Assembly (NCBI GenBank): GCA_910579185.1
Contig: CAJTTG010000007.1
Span: 6,979-70,978, forward strand
Reading direction: 5' to 3'
Origin: an uncultured Muribaculaceae bacterium
GTDB lineage: Bacteria > Bacteroidota > Bacteroidia > Bacteroidales > Muribaculaceae
Length of the DNA: 64,000 bases
In this document: positions 9,359 through 18,893 of the stretch, piece after piece
Layout of the letters: the number at the start of each line of letters is the position of its first letter
How positions within the stretch are numbered: the stretch's first letter is position 1
Translations under genes and position numbers: made by a program
The notes under the pieces: model-generated
What the model saw: the letters and a program-made list of their open reading frames with translations, nothing else
The model's database searches: none
What the model was told of the DNA's origin: nothing

Positions 9359-11152
9359 ATGACTGAAGAAGTAAAAAACTCGCCCATCGAAGATTTCGAT
9401 TGGGAAGCCTATGAGAACGGAGATGCTCAGGGCGAAAAGACTCGCGAAGAGCTCACAAAGACCTACGACGAGTCTCTCAACACCGTTAAGGACAAAGAAG
9501 TAATCGAAGGTACCATCATCGCCCTCAACAAACGTGAGGCTGTGGTTAACATCGGCTACAAATCAGACGGTATCATCCCCATGAATGAATTCCGCTACAA
9601 CCCCGACCTCAAGGTTGGCGACACTGTAGAAGTTTTCATCGAAAACCAGGAAGATAAGAAAGGTCAGCTTATCCTCTCACACCGCAAGGCCCGTGCTGCC
9701 CGCTCTTGGGACCGCATCAACGAGGCTTTGGAAAAAGACGAAATCATCAAGGGCTTCATCAAATGCCGTACAAAAGGCGGCATGATTGTCGACGTGTTCG
9801 GTATCGAGGCTTTCCTCCCCGGCTCACAGATCGACGTACGCCCCATCCGCGACTACGATGTTTACGTTGGCAAGACCATGGAATTCAAGGTTGTAAAGAT
9901 CAACCAGGAATTCAAGAATGTCGTTGTGTCGCATAAAGCTCTTATCGAGGCTGAACTCGAGCAGCAGAAACGCGAAATCATCGCTAAGCTCGAAAAAGGT
10001 CAGGTTCTCGAAGGCACCGTTAAGAACATCACATCCTATGGCGTGTTCATCGACCTCGGTGGTGTTGATGGTCTTATCCACATCACCGACCTCTCTTGGG
10101 GCCGCGTAAGCCATCCGCAGGAAATCCTCCAGCTCGACCAGAAGCTCAACGTCGTTATCCTCGACTTCGACGACGAAAAGAAACGTATCGCACTCGGTCT
10201 CAAGCAGCTCATGCCCCATCCTTGGGACGCTCTCGATCCCGAACTCAAAGTTGGCGACAAAGTTAACGGCCGCGTAGTCGTTATGGCCGACTATGGTGCG
10301 TTTATCGAAATCGCCCCCGGCGTTGAAGGTCTTATCCACGTTAGCGAAATGTCTTGGAGCCAGCACCTCCGCTCTGCTCAGGACTTCATGAAAGTTGGCG
10401 ACGAAGTTGAAGCCGTTATCCTCACCCTCGACCGCGAGGACCGCAAGATGAGCCTCGGCATCAAGCAGCTCAAGAACGATCCTTGGGAAAACATCGAAAC
10501 CAAATACCCCGTTGGTTCCAAGCACACAGCTAAAGTGCGCAACTTCACCAACTTCGGTGTATTCGTTGAAATCGAAGAGGGCGTTGACGGACTCATCCAC
10601 ATCTCCGATCTCTCTTGGACCAAGAAGATCAAACACCCCAGCGAATTCACTCAGATCGGTGCCGACATCGATGTTCAGGTTCTCGAAATCGACAAGGACA
10701 ACCGTCGTCTCTCTCTCGGCCACAAACAGCTCGAAGAGAACCCCTGGGACGTATTTGAAACCATCTTCACCGTTGGTTCCGTTCACGAAGGAACAATCAT
10801 CGAAATGGTTGAAAAAGGTGCCGTTATCGCTCTTCCCTACGGCGTTGAAGGCTTCGCTACTCCCAAACACCTCGTTAAAGAAGACGGTTCGCAGGCTAAG
10901 GTTGACGAAAAACTCAACTTCAAGGTGATCGAATTCAACAAGGACAGCAAGCGCATCATCCTCTCACACAGCCGCATCTTCGAAGACGAAGCTAAGGCAG
11001 AACGCAACGAACAGCGCAAAGCTAAACGCGCCGCTTCCGCTGCTAAGCGTGCTGAAGAGACCCCCATGCTCAACCAGCCCATCGAGAAAACCACTCTCGG
11101 TGACCTCGAAGCTCTCGCTGCTCTCAAGGAAAAACTTTCCGAAAACAAGTAA
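9359..11152 (+). CDS. rpsA: 30S ribosomal protein S1
   Basis: Tandem S1 domains ('YGVFIDLGGVDGLIHITDLSW', 'EGLIHVSEMSW') and strong high-expression codon bias. Confidence 0.99.
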   Translation: MTEEVKNSPIEDFDWEAYENGDAQGEKTREELTKTYDESLNTVKDKEVIEGTIIALNKREAVVNIGYKSDGIIPMNEFRYNPDLKVGDTVEVFIENQEDKKGQLILSHRKARAARSWDRINEALEKDEIIKGFIKCRTKGGMIVDVFGIEAFLPGSQIDVRPIRDYDVYVGKTMEFKVVKINQEFKNVVVSHKALIEAELEQQKREIIAKLEKGQVLEGTVKNITSYGVFIDLGGVDGLIHITDLSWGRVSHPQEILQLDQKLNVVILDFDDEKKRIALGLKQLMPHPWDALDPELKVGDKVNGRVVVMADYGAFIEIAPGVEGLIHVSEMSWSQHLRSAQDFMKVGDEVEAVILTLDREDRKMSLGIKQLKNDPWENIETKYPVGSKHTAKVRNFTNFGVFVEIEEGVDGLIHISDLSWTKKIKHPSEFTQIGADIDVQVLEIDKDNRRLSLGHKQLEENPWDVFETIFTVGSVHEGTIIEMVEKGAVIALPYGVEGFATPKHLVKEDGSQAKVDEKLNFKVIEFNKDSKRIILSHSRIFEDEAKAERNEQRKAKRAASAAKRAEETPMLNQPIEKTTLGDLEALAALKEKLSENK

Positions 11153-11183
11153 TCAGTCCATAAAGACCGATTCCAATACATCG

Positions 11184-11215
11184 GCGGCGTGCCCCAAAGG
11201 CACGCCGCCTTTTTT
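11184..11215 (+). terminator. Intrinsic terminator of rpsA
   Basis: GGCGGCGTGCC-ccaaa-GGCACGCCGCC followed by a T run. Confidence 0.9.
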
Positions 11216-11293
11216 CGTCCCCCTGGCCTATAGGCTATCAACCTGTTGCAACCGAAAAACTACTGACCATCAACCAATTGATCCGCCATCCCT

Positions 11294-11611
11294 GTAGGGA
11301 CTGCGGCATGCCGCGTCCGGCTCCAAACAATTATGTGTCAACACGTTTGCGTGTATTACAGAGATGTTGAAGTTGGGGATGTGCAGTGGAGCTGTCGGGG
11401 TGGCGGATCTCCGAGACGCCTGACCGGAACCATATCATGCTGCGTCCGGCTCCAAACAATAATGGGTCAACATGTTTGCGCGTATTACAGAGATGTTGAA
11501 GTTGGGGATGTGCAGTGGAGGTGTCGGGGTGGCGGATCTCCGAGACGCCTGACCGGAACCATATCATGTCGCGTTCGGCTTCAAACAATTATGGATAAAC
11601 ATGTTTGCGCG
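11294..11611 (+). repeat. GTAG-type REP (11294-11319) followed by about 2.3 tandem copies of a 129-bp unit
   Basis: GTAGGGACTGCGGCATGCCGCGTCCG is the reverse complement of REPs at 38.5 and 39.0 kb. Unit starts GCGTCCGGCTCCAAACAAT at 11313, 11442 and (variant) 11571. Confidence 0.9.
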
Positions 11612-11648
11612 GATGTAGCCGATTCCAATAAACTATCACCCCAGGCTA

Positions 11649-12923
11649 TTAATCTTTGAAATTATTATAATGGTATGATTGATCGCTGCTGATAGTCAGG
11701 TCGACCAATAAAAATGCAGAATACTTGTCATCGGCTTTGAATACCCTGACGCTGTAATATTTCTTGTTTGTACGGTCGATACCCTCCATCATGTATATGT
11801 CGCCTTTCAGTTTCTTTCCGGATTTCATTCTGATTCCCTCGGATGAAAGATCGGCCACAATGGTTTTCGCAAACGCTATGGCCTCTTGTTGTGTCCAATG
11901 AGGCTGCGCAAGGATCTTGTCTTTCTCCCACGATCTAATCTTCGGTACTTTGCCCGTTATATTGCGTTCAAAGCTATAGGAGTAATTTTCTACCAGCCCT
12001 TTTCCCCATTCGTGGCCGTAAGATGCTGCCTCGGCTACAGCACTGAAAAATGGTTCACCGCGATAGGTCATGTTGTAGCCCGTTGCGTTGGTCTCGCCAT
12101 AGTTGCGGTTGCCGTAGAGGGTTACTCGGTAGTCCTGGTTGGAGGAGTTAGCCCAGTTGGCTCTTGTTTCGGCATATTCCTTGACCTCGGCATACTTGGA
12201 ATCCCAGAGGTTATTCCGTTCCGGCATCACTCCAAGAGGCTTTGTTATCAGATCGTGGATGGTCAGTTCCTTAGCTTCTATATTGATTTTCGGAGTGACT
12301 TTCTTTACTTCCGGTGTCGGTTGCGAGAGTTGTTGCTGTTGTTTGGAGTTGTTGGTGTTCCGTAGCATTTGTTTGTGGAGTATAAAATGCTCTGAATTCG
12401 GGAACTCACTTAGTCCAGACTTAAACAGGTTAGCGAAGTCGGTTGGAGTGGGATATGGCCTCGGAAGAGGAAAGCCATTGATTGTTATGGATCGGATCGG
12501 CGATTTAGCCAATACAGTCATTATTTGCGCTTCTCTGGATCTGAGATCCTTATATTTCTGGTCAATACTTCCTTGCTTAAGAACCCAGTAAGACATGGGA
12601 AAGATGTAGGAATGGCCTTCTGGAGGTTGGGCAAGGAATGTGATGGTACAATCCTCGCATTCTATCCTGATTTCTTCCATGTGGTTGGCTCCGGAAGGGA
12701 TTGGATCTTTAGAAATAGCAATTATGGCACACTCCACCCCATTTCTGAGAAAGAAGAGATTGAGAACCCATTGAGTGTGCTCGGAGCCTAATGTCTCTTT
12801 AAAAGTGACACTTGTGCTTCCATTATCAAGTCGTGTTTTATCAATCTCAAGATTTTGGGCGTTGACCGGAATCCACGAGAATATTATACCGGTTAATATA
12901 AGCGGCAGAAGGAGAGAGCGCAT
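11649..12923 (-). CDS. Hypothetical secreted protein
   Basis: 424 aa, signal peptide ending VNA-Q, two regions joined by a Q/P-rich linker, more AT-rich than its neighbours. Confidence 0.7.
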   Translation of the reverse strand: MRSLLLPLILTGIIFSWIPVNAQNLEIDKTRLDNGSTSVTFKETLGSEHTQWVLNLFFLRNGVECAIIAISKDPIPSGANHMEEIRIECEDCTITFLAQPPEGHSYIFPMSYWVLKQGSIDQKYKDLRSREAQIMTVLAKSPIRSITINGFPLPRPYPTPTDFANLFKSGLSEFPNSEHFILHKQMLRNTNNSKQQQQLSQPTPEVKKVTPKINIEAKELTIHDLITKPLGVMPERNNLWDSKYAEVKEYAETRANWANSSNQDYRVTLYGNRNYGETNATGYNMTYRGEPFFSAVAEAASYGHEWGKGLVENYSYSFERNITGKVPKIRSWEKDKILAQPHWTQQEAIAFAKTIVADLSSEGIRMKSGKKLKGDIYMMEGIDRTNKKYYSVRVFKADDKYSAFLLVDLTISSDQSYHYNNFKD

Positions 12924-12937
12924 GATGCAAGGGTGGA

Positions 12938-14086
12938 TTATTTGATTATGCTTTCGAGCGGAATACGGGTGAACCAGATGCGGTAGCCCTGATGATGGCG
13001 GTCATTGACATCGTGCACGCCCTCTTCTGTCAGAACGCCGATCGAGCCGTCGGCCATCTGCGTCAAGGCAGAGTAGGCTCCGGGACCTGCTGACACGCGA
13101 TAGCCGTCGCTCCATGTGCGGCCATTGTCGGCGCTGGCATAGATGGTTATATTGTCGCGCCATGGGCCTGCAGGCAGTGATTGCAGCAGGTAATCGTGGC
13201 CGTTGTGACGCACGGATATGATGTCACCGTTGCACGCAACGTCATGGAGCGTCGTATAGTCGGGTTGCTCTTCCCATGTGGTGCCGTTGTCTTTGGAAAT
13301 GGAGAATTTTCGGGCACCCGAATAGCGGTTGCGGATGCTCATCAGTACGGTACCGTCGGCGAGCTGCACCATTTTTGACTCGTCGCCGTTGAGTGTGGCA
13401 GGATTCTTGGAAGCTTTCCATGTGCGGCCGCTGTCATCGCTGTAGATAGCGTAGACCGGGAAGTGTTCCACTCCTTTCTGACGGGTCACCAGAGCGAACA
13501 GTATACGTCCGTTTTTCAGTTGCAGCGCACGACCCGATGATGCGAATGCCGCCTCGCATTTGACCGGTTGCTTCCCATTGGGATCATCGGTCAGGATCTG
13601 CGGATTGATGTTGATCGGAGCCTCCCATGTCAGGCCATTGTCAGTTGAGCGCGACACGCTGATCTGCCCCGGCTTGTTGCCCCAGAGGCCTTGTCCGTTC
13701 AGGGAGATCACGATAAGATCACCGCTACGGCTGTCGCGCACCAGAGCCGGATCGCCGTATCCGCCGAGGCTGTCATGTTCGGCCACGGTGATGTAGGGAC
13801 CCCATGTGCGGCCGTTGTCGGTCGAACGGCGGCACACCACGTCGATGTCGCCGGGAAGGTCGTTGAGCGAGTTGATGCGTTTGTCGGCCACCGACACCAG
13901 CGTTCCGTCTGGCAGGGTTATTATGGCCGGAATGCGGTAGAACTGCGAGTCGAAATCGCCTTTGTTGTAGACGAGCGAGCGGTAGGTATGTCCTACTGGA
14001 TCATCATAGCCCGTATTCTGGGCGGTTGTAGCGGTGGCGCAGAACATCAATGTGGTTGCGATAGCCAGTGTGCGGATTTTTTTCAT
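12938..14086 (-). CDS. Exo-alpha-sialidase (GH33)
   Basis: YRIP motif, several Asp-box repeats (STDNGRTW, STDNGLTW, SDDSGRTW, SKDNGTTW, SADNGRTW), 'AYS' catalytic Tyr and a signal peptide. Start set at MKKIRT. Confidence 0.92.
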   Translation of the reverse strand: MKKIRTLAIATTLMFCATATTAQNTGYDDPVGHTYRSLVYNKGDFDSQFYRIPAIITLPDGTLVSVADKRINSLNDLPGDIDVVCRRSTDNGRTWGPYITVAEHDSLGGYGDPALVRDSRSGDLIVISLNGQGLWGNKPGQISVSRSTDNGLTWEAPININPQILTDDPNGKQPVKCEAAFASSGRALQLKNGRILFALVTRQKGVEHFPVYAIYSDDSGRTWKASKNPATLNGDESKMVQLADGTVLMSIRNRYSGARKFSISKDNGTTWEEQPDYTTLHDVACNGDIISVRHNGHDYLLQSLPAGPWRDNITIYASADNGRTWSDGYRVSAGPGAYSALTQMADGSIGVLTEEGVHDVNDRHHQGYRIWFTRIPLESIIK

Positions 14087-14247
14087 GGTTTTGGGGTGTT
14101 GCATCGTTATTCTGAATGCAAATATACTTCATCGTTGGCCGTTTTGCAAATTTTTTATGGGGATATGAGTCGTTTAAATAATTTTAAAACTTTAGAATCG
14201 GTCTAAATTAGGCCGTTAGTGCAAAGATTGCTACCTTTGCACTGAAT

Positions 14248-16275
14248 ATGAGAATACGGAATATAATCATGGCTGTTTCCGCGGCTTTTGGCGCGGTTTC
14301 CGGAACGTCGGCGCAGGAATATGCCGACTCTTTGGGGCAGGAGCTTCAAGAGGTTGTCGTCCGTGCGCCGCGTGGTGTCCGCAAGATGGCCGGCGCGGTG
14401 AATGGCGACATCATTTCGGCATCTGAGCTGAAGCGTGCCGCCTGTTGCAATCTTGGAGAGAGTTTCACAACCAATCCGTCGGTCGACGTGAACTATAGCG
14501 ACGCGGCCACCGGAGCTCGGCAGATACGGCTGCTCGGTCTCTCCGGATCCTATGTGCAGATGCTGACTGAGAATGTCCCCAACTTCCGTGCCGCTGCTGC
14601 GCCCTATGGCCTTGGCTATGTGCCCGGCCCATGGATGCAGTCTATTCAGGTGTCGAAAGGGGCGTCGTCGGTCAAGAATGGATATGAGTCTGTGACCGGA
14701 CAGATCAATATCGAGATGAAGAAACCGCAGCTCGATCCGTCGTTTTCGGCCAATGTCTACTACGACATGATGAATAAGCTGGAGGTTAATGCCGACGGCA
14801 ATCTGCACCTCGGCAAGAACTGGAGTGCCGGACTGCTCACGCATTTCGAGAACGGCTTCTCATCCCACGATGGCAATGACGATGGGTTCATGGACATGCC
14901 CCGTGTGCGGCAGGTAGCCCTGATGCCCCGTGTGGCCTATCTCGGCACCAACTATGTGTTTCAGGCCGCCGTCAAGTATCTCGATGAACGCCGTCTTGGC
15001 GGACAGGACGACCACCATGCCATGGCCATGGACGGGATGCCGCTCTACAAGATACGCATTGATACGCGTCGTTGGGAGGCCATGACAAAAAATGCATATA
15101 TGTTCGACCGCGACAACGACGGCAACGTGGCTCTGATCCTTTCGGCATCGGCTCACGATCAGGATGCCGCTTATGGCCTGCGTCTTTACGATGTGGAGCA
15201 GCGCGAGGTCTACTCTTCGCTGATGTTCGAACGTAAGTGGAATGGACTCCATGCGCTCAGTGCTGGTCTGTCGATGAACTATGACTATCTCAATCAGCAC
15301 TATCGTCTGATCCCCGACGAACAGATGCTCCCGTCTTATTCCCTCGACCGGGAGATGGTGGCCGGTGCTTACGGGCAATACACGCTAAATCTCGACGACA
15401 AGCTGATCGCCATGGCTGGTCTGCGCTATGACTGGAGCGACCGTTACGGAAGCATGGTCACGCCACGCATGCACCTGCGCTACAATCCGCTGACCGATCT
15501 TTCATTCCACGCCTCGGCCGGACGCGGCTACAGATCGCCACACGCTCTGGCGGAGTATTCCTATATGCTTGCGTCATCGCGTCGACTTGTCGTCAGCCAA
15601 TCTTTGCGCCGAGAGGCCGCATGGAACTTTGGTGCCGGGGGCAACTGGACGATATATCCTGCCGGAAAGAAACTTGGCGTGGCTGTGGAATACTACTATA
15701 CTACGTTCTCCAATCAGCTGATGCTCAATCTCGACAGAGATCCGCATGCCGCATACATCTATTCTTCCGACGGACGATCCTACTCCCATGCGTTCCAGAC
15801 CGAACTTACTTTTGAGCCGATCAGCGAATTGACCCTGACTGCCGCATGGCGTCTGACTGATGTCAAGGCCGACTATGGCGATGGGCTGATGCTTCAGAAA
15901 CCGCTCACCTCGCGTAATAAAGGCCTCTTCACAGTGGGGTGGGCACCGCGGATGGGGCTCTGGCAATTCGATGTGTCTTGTGCCGTCAATGGCGGCGGAC
16001 GAATGCCGACACCCTATGAACGCCCCTCGGGCGCAATGTCATGGCGTGACACCTATGGCTCATATGTTGGACTGAATGCGCAGATCACGCGCAATTTCCG
16101 CCATTGGTCAATCTACCTTGGTGGCGAGAATCTGACTAATTTCCGTCAGCCCGACGCTATTGTCGGGGCAGCAGATCCATGGGGCGCGGATTTTGATGCC
16201 ACCATGGTCTATGGTCCGTTACAGGGAGCCATGGTCTACATCGGATTCCGATATAATTTCACGAAATATCTTTAA
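14248..16275 (+). CDS. TonB-dependent receptor, probably metal-related
   Basis: 'ELQEVVV', plug 'RAACCNLGESFTTNPSVDV', 'IQVSKGASSVKNGYESVTGQIN', C-terminal 'YIGFRYNF'. Co-oriented with an HMA gene. Confidence 0.9.
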   Translation: MRIRNIIMAVSAAFGAVSGTSAQEYADSLGQELQEVVVRAPRGVRKMAGAVNGDIISASELKRAACCNLGESFTTNPSVDVNYSDAATGARQIRLLGLSGSYVQMLTENVPNFRAAAAPYGLGYVPGPWMQSIQVSKGASSVKNGYESVTGQINIEMKKPQLDPSFSANVYYDMMNKLEVNADGNLHLGKNWSAGLLTHFENGFSSHDGNDDGFMDMPRVRQVALMPRVAYLGTNYVFQAAVKYLDERRLGGQDDHHAMAMDGMPLYKIRIDTRRWEAMTKNAYMFDRDNDGNVALILSASAHDQDAAYGLRLYDVEQREVYSSLMFERKWNGLHALSAGLSMNYDYLNQHYRLIPDEQMLPSYSLDREMVAGAYGQYTLNLDDKLIAMAGLRYDWSDRYGSMVTPRMHLRYNPLTDLSFHASAGRGYRSPHALAEYSYMLASSRRLVVSQSLRREAAWNFGAGGNWTIYPAGKKLGVAVEYYYTTFSNQLMLNLDRDPHAAYIYSSDGRSYSHAFQTELTFEPISELTLTAAWRLTDVKADYGDGLMLQKPLTSRNKGLFTVGWAPRMGLWQFDVSCAVNGGGRMPTPYERPSGAMSWRDTYGSYVGLNAQITRNFRHWSIYLGGENLTNFRQPDAIVGAADPWGADFDATMVYGPLQGAMVYIGFRYNFTKYL

Positions 16276-16287
16276 TAACAAATAGAC

Positions 16288-16887
16288 ATGAAAAAAACAA
16301 TCAACTTCCTGGCCCTCGTCATGCTGATGATCGCTGTGGCCATCCCTGTCGGAGCCAAGAGCCCCAAGGCAACAGAAACCGCTGTGTTCACCGTAGTGCC
16401 TCAGATGACATGCCAGAACTGCGAGAACAAGATCAAATCCAATCTTCGCTTCGAAAATGGAGTCAGCAATATTGCCACGAGTCTTGCCGACCAGACTGTG
16501 ACTGTGACCTTCGATCCTGCAAAGACTAATTCCGAACAGCTGATAGCTGCATTCCAGAAGATAGGCTACACGGCTACTTGTGGCAAAGCTGCCGCTGCTC
16601 CTGCCGGAAAATGTGGCGACTGCAAAGGCCATGATGGCGCATGCACAAAGCCCATCGATCAGCAGTGTGCCGATTGCAAGGCTAAGACACAGGCCGCAAA
16701 TCAGCAGCCTGCTTCATGCCCCAAAGCAGCCGCAGGCACCTGTTCAAAGGCTTCTCAGGGCAATTGCTCAAAATCTCAGCAGGGCTGCTCAAAAGGAGCA
16801 GCCGGCACTTGTCCCAAAGCGGCCAAGGCATCCTGCGCACAGGATTCAACAGCCAAGACAGCCCATTGTGGCGCATGCAAACACTGA
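16288..16887 (+). CDS. Exported heavy-metal-associated (HMA) protein with Cys-rich tail
   Basis: Signal peptide, MTCQNC metal motif, then 14 further Cys in the C-terminal ~100 aa. Confidence 0.85.
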   Translation: MKKTINFLALVMLMIAVAIPVGAKSPKATETAVFTVVPQMTCQNCENKIKSNLRFENGVSNIATSLADQTVTVTFDPAKTNSEQLIAAFQKIGYTATCGKAAAAPAGKCGDCKGHDGACTKPIDQQCADCKAKTQAANQQPASCPKAAAGTCSKASQGNCSKSQQGCSKGAAGTCPKAAKASCAQDSTAKTAHCGACKH

Positions 16888-16920
16888 TTCCTCTCGTCCA
16901 CTTCTAATCCACTGATACAA

Positions 16921-16955
16921 CAGCGGTGGGTCGCACAATCCGCGATCCACCGCTG
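16921..16955. terminator. Hairpin between convergent genes, probable terminator
   Basis: CAGCGGTGGGTCGC / GCGATCCACCGCTG stem. Confidence 0.65.
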
Positions 16956-16994
16956 CTATCTTCTAAATCAGTTCAATAAGTCAAGATAATCATG

Positions 16995-17570
16995 TTATGT
17001 TGATTTTTTTGATTTCTCGATTAACTCCAGTAATTTGTTATAACGCTTTAGTACCTGCCGTTTAGGAAAATCACTATACATTCCCCGGCGACGCTTTGTC
17101 AGATGCAATTTGATATATCGCCTCGCCCGGATATAATCGCCCATTTCCATAAAACAGACACCTTTCATATATCTCGCATCATTAAAAGTTGCAAAAGTCC
17201 CTATACCCTCGCCATGAATACCGTATGCGGTCCTTTTAGCGTTTTTCCTCAGTATTCTATCAAACATATCCAGAGCCTCCGCATGACGCTCACATCCATG
17301 CAGAGCCATCCCTCTGGCATATAGCACTATCACATCATGCTTTTCTATATCGTAAGCAGCATCGGCATATTTCAGTGCTTCTGAAAAATTCCGCAGTTGA
17401 TAGTATGCTCCCGAAATCTCATAGAAGTAATAATATTCCATTTTATACCTCTGGCAAACCGGCATCAACAAATCAACCAGACCACTCCAGTCATCATCGT
17501 TTTTCATCCGGTCTATCTTTGGTTGCAGGGAATGTGCCAACTCCGGATCTATATAAAAATCGTCATTCAT
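16995..17570 (-). CDS. TPR-repeat protein
   Basis: TPR-like helices 'AYYQLRNFSEALKYADAAY', 'ARGMALHGCERHAEALDMFDRIL' and 'KGVCFMEMGDYIRARRY'. Confidence 0.75.
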   Translation of the reverse strand: MNDDFYIDPELAHSLQPKIDRMKNDDDWSGLVDLLMPVCQRYKMEYYYFYEISGAYYQLRNFSEALKYADAAYDIEKHDVIVLYARGMALHGCERHAEALDMFDRILRKNAKRTAYGIHGEGIGTFATFNDARYMKGVCFMEMGDYIRARRYIKLHLTKRRRGMYSDFPKRQVLKRYNKLLELIEKSKKST

Positions 17571-17681
17571 ATTTCTCGTCTCTTTTGGTTAGAGTTCTAT
17601 TTTGGTTACACGCTGGCTGGAGGAATTCGTTCCATATCATCCTACTATATGCACTTGTAGAATCCGACAAAGCATCACGCA

Positions 17682-18230
17682 TTATGGCTGTGCGGATTCC
17701 AGATCCTCAAATTCACGGCGATAGAATTTCCAGTCATTTTCCTCACAGGAATAGGCATAGAATGTCCTGATCCGGAAAAGAGGACGGGATGTGACATCTG
17801 AATCCGGAGCGGCACATATGGATCTCACCTCCACAGTGTTGCACAGAGTATCCCGTGTGAGATCCTGAGAAGGGTAGATGGCCTTGAAATCCGACCTGTT
17901 GAAATACATTTTCACCATTTCGACGGCCGGTTTTATATACTCCTTATAGAAAATCGGCACCCGATATCCCGGGAACCATACAGCACGGTAGTCATCCGGT
18001 GGTGTCGGGGTCTGCCATCCCGATATACAGAGGACAAAACTATGGATGCTGTCGATATCCATGGTGAGTCGGTCTCTCTCATTGTAATTTTCTATCACGT
18101 ACATGATGTCCCCGCACATCGTCTCCGACAGGACATTTGGCTTGGCCGCCATTGCTTTTGGCGACAATATCAGACCGGCAATAAACACTATGCCGCATGC
18201 GATCAATCGTAATCCTCTGCTCTTTCCCAT
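17682..18230 (-). CDS. Hypothetical exported protein
   Basis: Signal peptide from MGKSRGL to AMA. Overlaps the upstream gene in the operon. Confidence 0.65.
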   Translation of the reverse strand: MGKSRGLRLIACGIVFIAGLILSPKAMAAKPNVLSETMCGDIMYVIENYNERDRLTMDIDSIHSFVLCISGWQTPTPPDDYRAVWFPGYRVPIFYKEYIKPAVEMVKMYFNRSDFKAIYPSQDLTRDTLCNTVEVRSICAAPDSDVTSRPLFRIRTFYAYSCEENDWKFYRREFEDLESAQP

Positions 18231-18685
18231 GATTTTGTCTGGCAATTATAGATGTATTCGTATATATTAGTGCCTGTACTGGAGACACAGAAAATATTTG
18301 CGACACTGTCATTATCGACATATTCCTCTCCATATCGGGTATAATAATACCAGGGGTAGATAGTCAATGTGTCTCTTGACAGTTCAGTCCGTATGCGGAT
18401 ACCTAAGCAACTGTTATAGGCCCACGAAATTATTTCTTTAGGAAATAACTCGAAGAAAAATATATTGCCGAACACTATATTTGAGTCCGCCTTGAAATTA
18501 TTGGGGATGTTCTCAGAGTACACAAGCATCGTGTCTGATATTATATCATGGAATGCTTCATTTTTTTCCACATATCTCTCATACTCAATCTGCAAAGCGT
18601 CGTTTATGCATTCCGACAGGTCTTTGAAAGCGTAGATCTGCCCGATGCCCATTGCCGTTAACAATGCTACAATAAAAATCCTCAT
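18203..18685 (-). CDS. Hypothetical exported protein
   Basis: 160 aa with a signal peptide, acidic and aromatic-rich. Confidence 0.7.
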   Translation of the reverse strand: MRIFIVALLTAMGIGQIYAFKDLSECINDALQIEYERYVEKNEAFHDIISDTMLVYSENIPNNFKADSNIVFGNIFFFELFPKEIISWAYNSCLGIRIRTELSRDTLTIYPWYYYTRYGEEYVDNDSVANIFCVSSTGTNIYEYIYNCQTKSWERAEDYD

Positions 18686-18687
18686 AT

Positions 18688-18879
18688 CTATTTCTCGTTT
18701 TTCTTTACCATATCTTCACCATTATCCACTTCAGACGATACACGTTTGCATATATATCCGACAACATATTCAATTGGGGCATATATCTCAATATCGCCAT
18801 TATCTATTAATTCTGACATAGAGCGAGTAATGCAATTCCACAACTCTGAATTCTCGAAATCTTTGTACGGATGTTTCAT
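18688..18879 (-). CDS. Small acidic cytoplasmic hypothetical protein, immunity-like
   Basis: 63 aa 'MKHPYKDFENSELW...EYVVGYICK', tightly packed within the operon. Confidence 0.6.
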   Translation of the reverse strand: MKHPYKDFENSELWNCITRSMSELIDNGDIEIYAPIEYVVGYICKRVSSEVDNGEDMVKKNEK

Positions 18880-18893
18880 TACAGACTTTGAAA

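Noticed and set aside
9824..10870. 348-aa ORF antisense to rpsA
   Set aside because: A shadow frame produced by strong codon bias in rpsA, with no recognisable motifs.
11331..11659. Small ORFs on both strands after rpsA
   Set aside because: They arise from the 129-bp tandem repeat, whose length is a multiple of three.
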